Shown here piece by piece: positions 35,111-41,619 of a stretch of DNA of 41,619 nt; position 1 is the first letter of the stretch, and every line of letters begins with the position of its first letter. The translations under genes were made by a program, and so were the position numbers. Below the pieces are notes generated by a model. The model worked only from the letters and a program-made list of their open reading frames with translations. It did no database searches and was not told the DNA's origin. Source of the DNA: Betaproteobacteria bacterium (GTDB taxonomy: Bacteria; Pseudomonadota; Gammaproteobacteria; Burkholderiales; SG8-41); assembly GCA_031381325.1 (NCBI GenBank), contig JANMXV010000010.1, positions 1 to 41,619 of the forward strand. The letters run 5' to 3'.

Positions 35111-36379
35111 ATGATCGATATCGTTGTCGTTGTGTTGTTGCTAGTCGTGCTGATTGCGCTGGTGCTGGTGTACCTGCGCATGCAGGCGCAAACGCGCGCG
35201 CTGGAAACACTGTCCGGGCAACTCGACAGCGGTCTGGAAGCCAAACATCGCGCGATGCTGGTCGATCTGCACAGCGGGCTGACGCAGCAAGGCGACCGTC
35301 TCGGCGGGCATCTCACCGATACCAGCGAGCGGCTGCGTGGATCGGTGGGCGTCGAACTCAAGCAAACGCGTGACACCCTGCAGGCGCTGCAACTGGCGTT
35401 GATCCAGAACATGGCGCAACAAAGCGCCGCCCTGAACGAGCGGCTGGTGGAAACCACGCGTTCGCTCAATGCCAAAATCGACGAACGGCTGGATCAGATT
35501 TCCGGCAAGGTCAGCGAGCGCCTTGATGAAGGTTTCAAAAAAACCAACGAGACCTTCGTCAACGTGATGGCGCGGCTTGCCACCATCGATGAGGCGCAGA
35601 AAAAAATCGACGGCCTCACCGGCAGTGTGTTAAGCCTGCAAGAACTGCTGGGCGATAAGCGCGCGCGTGGCGCATTCGGCGAAGTGCAGCTCGAAGCGCT
35701 GGTGCGCAATGTGCTGCCGGCCAGCGCGTTTGAGATGCAATGCACATTGTCGAATGGCACGCGCGCCGATTGCGTGCTGAAGCTGCCGCCGCCCACCGGG
35801 CTGGTTGCGGTGGATTCCAAGTTTCCGCTGGAAAATTATCACCGTATGTTCGACCCCGAGACCAACGAGGTCGATTACACGCTGGCGCAAAAGCAGTTCA
35901 AGGCCGACGTCAAACGCCACGTCGATGCGATCAGCAGCAAATACATCATCGCCGGTGAAACGTCGGATGGCGCGGTGATGTTCATCCCGGCGGAGGCGGT
36001 ATTCGCGGAGATACACGCGCATCACGCCGAAGTGGTGGAGTACGCCAACGGCAAACATGTGTGGATTGTGTCGCCGACCACCTTGATGGCAGTACTGAAC
36101 ACCGCGCGCGCGGTGCTGAAGGACGTGGAAACGCGCAACCAGATTCACGTCATCAAAGACGAACTGGTTAAGCTGAGCCACGATTTCGCACGCTTCGATG
36201 AGCGCATGCGCAAGCTCGCCGATCACGTACGCCAGGCGCACGAAGACGCGCAGCAAGTGCAGATCAGCAGCAAAAAAATCTCGCAACGCTTCGCGCAGAT
36301 TGAGGGCGTTGAGCTTGAGGAAACACCGGTGCCGTTGCTCAAAGTTGTTGAAGTTGGTGACGGCAGTAAAAATCTTTGA
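35111..36379 (+). CDS. rmuC: DNA recombination protein RmuC
   Basis: N-terminal TM and coiled coil; RGAFGEVQLE, VDSKFP, KYI, MFIPAEA, VSPTTL. Confidence 0.92.
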   Translation: MIDIVVVVLLLVVLIALVLVYLRMQAQTRALETLSGQLDSGLEAKHRAMLVDLHSGLTQQGDRLGGHLTDTSERLRGSVGVELKQTRDTLQALQLALIQNMAQQSAALNERLVETTRSLNAKIDERLDQISGKVSERLDEGFKKTNETFVNVMARLATIDEAQKKIDGLTGSVLSLQELLGDKRARGAFGEVQLEALVRNVLPASAFEMQCTLSNGTRADCVLKLPPPTGLVAVDSKFPLENYHRMFDPETNEVDYTLAQKQFKADVKRHVDAISSKYIIAGETSDGAVMFIPAEAVFAEIHAHHAEVVEYANGKHVWIVSPTTLMAVLNTARAVLKDVETRNQIHVIKDELVKLSHDFARFDERMRKLADHVRQAHEDAQQVQISSKKISQRFAQIEGVELEETPVPLLKVVEVGDGSKNL

Positions 36380-36460
36380 ACCACAGATGAACACAGATGA
36401 ACACAGATAAAACAGGGGGTTATCTGTGTTCATCTGTGTTTATCTGTGGTTATCTGTGGT
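36379..36460. repeat. Long hairpin made of 10-bp tandem units (ACACAGATGA / TATCTGTGTT)
   Basis: 32-bp arms at 36379-36410 and 36420-36451 with one mismatch (G-U), a 9-nt loop and one extra unit on the right. Confidence 0.92.
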
Positions 36461-36484
36461 TAAATTGTACTTAAGTATTTGTTT

Positions 36485-37273
36485 ATGTTCAGTTTTTTGA
36501 AGAAACGCCGACGTGAGCGTGTGCTGCGCGAGGCACACATTGATGATGCCGCGTGGGGCCGCGAGATAGAGAGTTACAGCTTCACCCGCTTGCTCAATGC
36601 CGACGAGCGTGCGCGGCTCAAGCAGTGGGTGATTTTGTTTCTCGCCGAAAAGCCGATCAACGGCGCGGGCAATCTGCATATCGACAACGGCGCGCGGCTC
36701 GCGATTGCGATACAAGCCTGCACGCTGATCCTCAATCTCGATCTCGACTGGTATAAGAGCTGGACCGAAGTGATCGTCTATCCCGGCGAATTCGTTGCGC
36801 GTCACGAGGAGATGGACGAAGCGGGCGTAGTACATACGGTTGCAGAGACTATGAGCGGCGAGTCATGGGGTCACGGTACGGTGGTGCTGTCATGGGCAGA
36901 CGCGCAGCAGGCGGGGAAAGCAAAGAACGGCAGGGGTTACAACGTAGTGATACACGAATTCGCGCACCAGATCGACATGCTCAACGGCGACGCCAATGGA
37001 TTTCCACCGCTGCACGCCGACATGAACCGTGAACTGTGGGCGAAGACTTTTAGCGCTGCCTACAAACATTTCTGCAAGCGCGTCGATGACTGGGAAGAAA
37101 CCGCAATCGACGAATACGCCGCTGAGAGTCCCGCAGAGTTTTTCGCGGTCATCAGTGAGGCTTTTTTTGAGACGCCGCTGGCGGTGCGCGGCGAATATCC
37201 GGATGTCTATGCGCAACTGGTATTGTTTTACCGGCAGGATCCGGCGCAACGCGTGGCCTCAACGCCGTTGTAG
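36485..37273 (+). CDS. mtfA: MtfA/peptidase M90 family zinc metallopeptidase
   Basis: VIVYP, GESW...VVLSW, NVVIHEFAHQID, YAAESPAEFFAVISEAFFE. Confidence 0.88.
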   Translation: MFSFLKKRRRERVLREAHIDDAAWGREIESYSFTRLLNADERARLKQWVILFLAEKPINGAGNLHIDNGARLAIAIQACTLILNLDLDWYKSWTEVIVYPGEFVARHEEMDEAGVVHTVAETMSGESWGHGTVVLSWADAQQAGKAKNGRGYNVVIHEFAHQIDMLNGDANGFPPLHADMNRELWAKTFSAAYKHFCKRVDDWEETAIDEYAAESPAEFFAVISEAFFETPLAVRGEYPDVYAQLVLFYRQDPAQRVASTPL

Positions 37274-37341
37274 GATGGGTGAAACCCATCGGCACTTTAC
37301 CTCCGGTTGTGATGGGTTACGCTACGCTTCACCCATCCTAC
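37270..37341. repeat. Inverted pair of GTAG-family REP elements (REPIN/BIME-like)
   Basis: GTAGGATGGGTGAAACCCATC ... GATGGGTTACGCTACGCTTCACCCATCCTAC; the GTAG contains the stop codon of the upstream gene. Confidence 0.85.
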
Positions 37342-37455
37342 GGGGCTATTGCGAATGATCGACAAAACCCCGAATTCAAAAGCAAGACCCGGAGTGCGCG
37401 GCGTTGCGGCTATCGTTATATTGCAACCGTTACCAATCTGTTGAAAGAAACGAAC

Positions 37456-38532
37456 ATGAACACTTTAGCGAATAAGCAAAAGCTTGCAACTGCAACATTG
37501 AACGACCCGCGCTGGACGGACGTTGTAGCGCGCGCGCCTGCGGCCGACGGAAAATTTTTCTATTCCGTCAAAACCACCGGGGTGTATTGCCGCCCGTCCT
37601 GCGCGTCGCGACCCGCAAGGCCCGAAAACGTACGGTTTCACGCCACCAGTGCGGATGCCGAACGAAGGGGCTTTCGTCCCTGCAAGCGCTGCAAGCCCGA
37701 CCAGCCACCGTTGGCTGAACAGCATGCCGCAACGGTTGCAGGGGTCTGCCGCCTGATCGAGAGCGCCGAGGCTATGCCCAGTCTTACGGAATTGGCAAAC
37801 CATGCCGGACTGAGTGCCTACCATTTTCATCGCGTGTTCAAATCGGCTACCGGCTTGACGCCCAAGGCCTACGCAGTGGCGCATCGTGCCAAGCGCGTTC
37901 GCAACGCGTTAGGGCAGGGCGGAACTGTCACCGAAGCTATCTTCGACGCCGGCTACAACTCCAACGGGCGATTCTACGAAAAATCGAATGCGGTATTGGG
38001 CATGACACCAACAAACTATCGCGCCGGCGGCGCGAACACGGAAATGCGTTTCGCGATAGGCGAGTGTTCCCTCGGGGCCATACTCGTTGCCGCCAGCGAG
38101 CGCGGCGTATGCGCTATTCTCATGGGCGATGATCCCGATGCCCTGGCGCATGATTTGCAGGACCGGTTTCCGCGCGCCCGGTTGATCGGCAGCGACAAAA
38201 AGTTCGAACAGCTGGTGGCCAAAGTCGTCGGCTTTGTCGAGGCGCCTGCGCGCGGACTGGACCTGCCGCTGGATGTGCGCGGCACCGCATTTCAGCAGCG
38301 CGTGTGGCAGGCGCTGCAAAAGATTCCCGCCGGCTCAACTGCGAGTTACACGGAGATTGCCAAACGCATCGGTGCGCCGAAATCGGTGCGCGCCGTGGCA
38401 GGCGCTTGCGCGGCAAACGCGCTGGCGGTGGCGATTCCTTGTCATCGTGTGGTGCGCAATGACGGCGGGTTGGCGGGTTACCGCTGGGGCGTTGAACGCA
38501 AGCGGGCTTTGATTGAACGAGAAGCGGATTAA
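37456..38532 (+). CDS. ada: Bifunctional transcriptional activator / O6-methylguanine-DNA methyltransferase Ada
   Basis: TTGVYCRPSC, FRPCKRC, AraC-type HTH, GTAFQ, IPCHRV. Confidence 0.96.
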   Translation: MNTLANKQKLATATLNDPRWTDVVARAPAADGKFFYSVKTTGVYCRPSCASRPARPENVRFHATSADAERRGFRPCKRCKPDQPPLAEQHAATVAGVCRLIESAEAMPSLTELANHAGLSAYHFHRVFKSATGLTPKAYAVAHRAKRVRNALGQGGTVTEAIFDAGYNSNGRFYEKSNAVLGMTPTNYRAGGANTEMRFAIGECSLGAILVAASERGVCAILMGDDPDALAHDLQDRFPRARLIGSDKKFEQLVAKVVGFVEAPARGLDLPLDVRGTAFQQRVWQALQKIPAGSTASYTEIAKRIGAPKSVRAVAGACAANALAVAIPCHRVVRNDGGLAGYRWGVERKRALIEREAD

Positions 38533-38704
38533 AAAATGCTAGGGCGTCAATGAGCTTGTCCGGAGCTTATCGAAGGGCGCAGCGCATTGCGCCGGATGTG
38601 TTGGTATATCAAGTCTACAAACGGCGCATATAGTGCGGTTTGCTGCGAGCGGCACCGATTTCCGTTAGTCTCGTAGTGCTGAACAAATTTATAAAAGGCC
38701 ATTT

Positions 38705-39292
38705 ATGAAAACGCTACTCCTGCTCACGGGCATGCTACTCGGGCTTACGCTGGCGGGATGCGCACCTCTGATCGTGCAAAGCCCTGGCGGCAGCCTGAGC
38801 CCAGTGAACGCTATCGCCGCAGGGGATGATAAGCATCTCATGCTGTTCGGCGCCGACGTCGTTGCCTATTTCACCGAGGGCCAACACCGGCAGGGTGACC
38901 CCGCTATTAAATCCGTGCTCGAAGGCGTCACCTTTCGCTTTGCCACGGCGCAGCACAAAGCGCTGTTCGATAAAGACCCCAAGCGCTACCTGCCACAGTA
39001 CGGCGGCTATTGCGCGAATGGTATCGTCTACGGCATCCCGTGGGGCGGCAATGCCGATTCATGGCGCATCATTGATGGCAAGCTGTATACCTTCGGCGGC
39101 AAAGGCTCTCGCGACGGCTTCTATCTCGATCTGCCGCGTAACATTGCGCTCGCCGATAAGTATTGGAAAGAAGAGGTCAGTAGCTCCAACGCCCTCGTGC
39201 AGCGGGTGAAACGCTTGCTGTTTCGCGTGCCGCACTATTTGACGGGACGCGAGTTGGCGGAAGAAGTGGTGCGCCGTGGGGCGAAGTCCTGA
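38705..39292 (+). CDS. YHS-domain lipoprotein
   Basis: Lipobox LAG-C; GADVVAYF, FRFATAQHKALF..DPKRYLPQYGGYCA, WRIIDGKLY. Confidence 0.85.
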   Translation: MKTLLLLTGMLLGLTLAGCAPLIVQSPGGSLSPVNAIAAGDDKHLMLFGADVVAYFTEGQHRQGDPAIKSVLEGVTFRFATAQHKALFDKDPKRYLPQYGGYCANGIVYGIPWGGNADSWRIIDGKLYTFGGKGSRDGFYLDLPRNIALADKYWKEEVSSSNALVQRVKRLLFRVPHYLTGRELAEEVVRRGAKS

Positions 39293-39414
39293 TACGACGA
39301 CTGGTGTATGGATAAAAGTGAAACCATGACTCCCTGACGTGTTTTGCATGCATGTGCTATCGCGCTTCATTAGTAACCGAACGGCGTCAATGAGCCTGTC
39401 GAGGGTTTGACGTC

Positions 39415-40089
39415 ATGACGCGCGCTAGTCCTGCAGCATCGCTGAATCTGTTTGAGGATTCCGTCGATGCGGCATCGGATCGCGAGTCATTGGGGCCGGG
39501 CGCCGTGGTGTTGCGTGGATTTGCTTTGCCCGCCATGCCGTCATTGCTACACGCGTTGGAAACAGTGACCGCAGCCGCGCCGTTTCGCCATATGGTCACA
39601 CCCGGTGGCTTTCGGATGTCCGTTGCGATGACCAATTGCGGCGCGGCAGGCTGGGTCACCGATCGCAGCGGTTATCGCTATGATGCCGTCGATCCGCTGA
39701 GCGGCACTCCGTGGCCCGCCATGCCGGCCTGTTTTGCTGAACTTGCCACCGAGGCGGCTACTCAGGCGGGCTTCAATGGATTCGCGGCCGATGCCTGCTT
39801 GATCAATCGCTATGAGCCGGGCGCAAGGATGTCATTGCATCAGGATAAAAACGAACGCGACTTCGATGCGCCTATCGTTTCCGTATCGCTGGGTATTCCT
39901 GCCGTGCTTCTATTTGGCGGATTGAATCGAAGCGATCGGCCGAGCCGCGTGTCGCTCACGCATGGTGATGTGGTGGTGTGGGGCGGGCCGGCACGGCTTC
40001 GTTATCACGGCGTGATGCCGTTGAAGGACCGCTATCACGCGGCATTGGGCGGGCATCGCGTGAATCTTACTTTTCGGAAAGCCATGTAG
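39415..40089 (+). CDS. alkB: Alpha-ketoglutarate-dependent DNA oxidative demethylase AlkB
   Basis: PFRHMVTPGG, MSVAMTNCG, CLINRY, HQD, RYHG, RVNLTFR. Confidence 0.96.
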   Translation: MTRASPAASLNLFEDSVDAASDRESLGPGAVVLRGFALPAMPSLLHALETVTAAAPFRHMVTPGGFRMSVAMTNCGAAGWVTDRSGYRYDAVDPLSGTPWPAMPACFAELATEAATQAGFNGFAADACLINRYEPGARMSLHQDKNERDFDAPIVSVSLGIPAVLLFGGLNRSDRPSRVSLTHGDVVVWGGPARLRYHGVMPLKDRYHAALGGHRVNLTFRKAM

Positions 40090-40259
40090 TGGGGATGGTG
40101 CGCACTGCGCACCATCCACCTTCGCAAGACGTGCGCAATGCGCATCTACGCTTGCTTTTGTAGGATGCCGGAGAGCGCAGCGAACCGCATCAATCGCGTG
40201 CATCCCTACGTGGTGCGTAAAGCCTCGACCGATGCGGTTCCTTCGTCACCGCATCCTAC
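40086..40259. repeat. Cluster of two different GTAG-family REP-like doublets between convergent alkB and mobA
   Basis: GTAG...GGATGGTGCGCA-C-TGCGCACCATCC ... GTGCGCAATGCGCATCTAC (40086-40149) and GTAGGATGCCG...AACCGCATC ... GATGCGGTTC...CCGCATCCTAC (40160-40259). Confidence 0.8.
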
Positions 40260-40291
40260 GCGGGCTACCTTTTCTTCAAACGTCGTGAGTT

Positions 40292-40900
40292 TCACGATGA
40301 ACCTTCAAACGTCCGCAACTCTTCCACAGTATTGATATTACTGAACGCCTCCGCCTCATCATCAAACCGCACTTCCGCCACCTTAAGTACGGCATACCAA
40401 GCATCAATCTTGCGCCCGCCGTTCTCTAGAAATGTCGTCAGTCCTAGCAGCACCGATTTGCGGCACAGACAGAAAACCGGATGCGGCTGATCGCCGGTGC
40501 GCGCGACGGCAAGGTCGGCTTGCTTCGCATTCAGCACCGCGTATAAGCGCTCGATCAAATCCAGTGGCAGAAAAGGCGAGTCGCAGGGAACGGTGGCGAT
40601 CAAATCGTGTGTTGCAGCAGACAAGCCGCGATGCAACCCCGCAAGCGGGCCAGCGAAGCCGGCGATGTCATCCGGCACAACGTGATGGCCAAACTTTGCG
40701 TACTCGTTGAGATTCTGATTGGCGTTGATCAGCACTTCATCGACTTGCGGTGAAAAGCGCTCAAGCACCCATTGCACCATGGGCTTGCCGCGCAGCAGCT
40801 TGAGTCCTTTGTCGACGCTGCCCATGCGCCGGCCCTGGCCGCCGGCTAGGATGACGCCGGTTATTGGTGAGGCGTGAGACGTGACGCGTGAGGCGGTCAT
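40292..40900 (-). CDS. mobA: Molybdenum cofactor guanylyltransferase
   Basis: LAGGQGRRMG..DKG, GPLAG, VPCDSPF, HPVF, FSNINT. Confidence 0.95.
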   Translation of the reverse strand: MTASRVTSHASPITGVILAGGQGRRMGSVDKGLKLLRGKPMVQWVLERFSPQVDEVLINANQNLNEYAKFGHHVVPDDIAGFAGPLAGLHRGLSAATHDLIATVPCDSPFLPLDLIERLYAVLNAKQADLAVARTGDQPHPVFCLCRKSVLLGLTTFLENGGRKIDAWYAVLKVAEVRFDDEAEAFSNINTVEELRTFEGSS

Positions 40901-40910
40901 TTCGCCGACG

Positions 40911-41619
40911 TTAGGCCAACATCGTCGGCGTCGTTGTCTTTATAAACCGCTGCTTGCCGGTAAACAGCAAATAGTGCTTATTGACCGCGCGGCCGATCAT
41001 GGTGATGCCGGTTTTGTTGGCGATGTCGTGGCCCATTTGCGTTAGGCCCGAGCGTGATACCAGAAACGGAATCTGCATCTGCGCCGCTTTGATCACCATT
41101 TCCGAGGTGAGCCGTCCGGTGGTATAAAAAATCTTGTCGGAGCCGTCGATATCCTCAAGCCACATCTTGCCGGCGATGGCGTCCACCGCGTTGTGACGGC
41201 CCACGTCTTCGACGAACATGAGGATTTCGCCTTGGCCGCTGGCTAACGCGCAGCCGTGTACTGCGCCGGCGCTTTTGTAAATGGTTTCGTGGCGGCGCAC
41301 GGCGTCGAGCAGGGCGTAGAGCGTTTCTTCGCTGAGTGTTACATCGTTTCGCAGTTGGATGCTGTCGATTTCTTCCATCAGGTCGCCGAATACCGTGCCT
41401 TGACCGCAGCCGGTGGTGACGGTGCGCTTTTTCATTTTCTGCGCGAGGTTTTTCAATCCCTTGCGTGTGGTGACGGCTACCGCGTTGGTTTCCCAATCAA
41501 CCTGCACTTCGGTGATTTCGTCTATAGCCAGCACCAGCCGCTGATTGCGCAGATAACCAAGCGCGAGGGCTTCCGGTGCCAGGCCCAGCGTCATCAAGGT
41601 GACGATTTCGCGCTTGTCG
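40911..41619 (-). CDS. fdhD: Formate dehydrogenase accessory sulfurtransferase FdhD, 5'-truncated by the window edge
   Basis: TTGCGQG, GAVHGCA, EDVGRHNAVD, TTGRLTSEMVIK; frame stays open to the edge (DKREIVTLMT). Confidence 0.92.
   Translation of the reverse strand, partial: DKREIVTLMTLGLAPEALALGYLRNQRLVLAIDEITEVQVDWETNAVAVTTRKGLKNLAQKMKKRTVTTGCGQGTVFGDLMEEIDSIQLRNDVTLSEETLYALLDAVRRHETIYKSAGAVHGCALASGQGEILMFVEDVGRHNAVDAIAGKMWLEDIDGSDKIFYTTGRLTSEMVIKAAQMQIPFLVSRSGLTQMGHDIANKTGITMIGRAVNKHYLLFTGKQRFIKTTTPTMLA

Noticed and set aside
36379-36460. CRISPR array (also considered for 23113-23145)
   Set aside because: Units are 10-11 bp, directly abutting, with no spacers and no cas genes.
38705-39292. 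Selenoprotein in the YHS family
   Set aside because: The GGYC position is TGC (Cys); there is no in-frame TGA.
41390-41420. FdhD with a single Cys (TTGCGQG) instead of CGxC
   Set aside because: As far as I know this is a common natural variant of the family, not a defect.

Overview
GC-rich (roughly 60%) bacterial chromosomal window, with gene content typical of a betaproteobacterium (inference). The accessory left half (1-22.6 kb) carries: (i) a tandem pair of acetoacetate-decarboxylase genes, one of which has lost the catalytic Lys and both Glu residues; (ii) a tightly packed 7-gene operon (2018-16240) encoding a His-rich inner-membrane protein, an FHA-TM-decaheme cytochrome c, a double-GlcG/HbpS lipoprotein, an SH3b plus outer-membrane beta-barrel protein, a decaheme cytochrome with an LVIVD beta-propeller, a c554-like pentaheme cytochrome, and a TrxR-like flavoprotein fused to two cNMP-binding domains and a 4x[4Fe-4S] domain; (iii) a signalling block with a heme-c (DUF3365) sensor kinase, a single-domain receiver, a DHp-REC-class III cyclase and a convergent TPR-SLOG-class III cyclase. 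Together (ii) and (iii) look like a cyclic-nucleotide-gated trans-envelope electron conduit with its own heme sensor and cNMP source; I cannot match it to a named system. The right half is mostly housekeeping: DUF1178, an NDP-forming acyl-CoA ligase, enoyl-CoA hydratase, tesA/ybbA/ybbP, rmuC, mtfA-like, ada, a YHS lipoprotein, alkB, mobA and partial fdhD. It also holds a 1588-aa tail-anchored coiled-coil protein and several REP-like elements. No rRNA, tRNA, CRISPR array, integrase or transposase was recognised. All family assignments come from motif recognition, not database searches.
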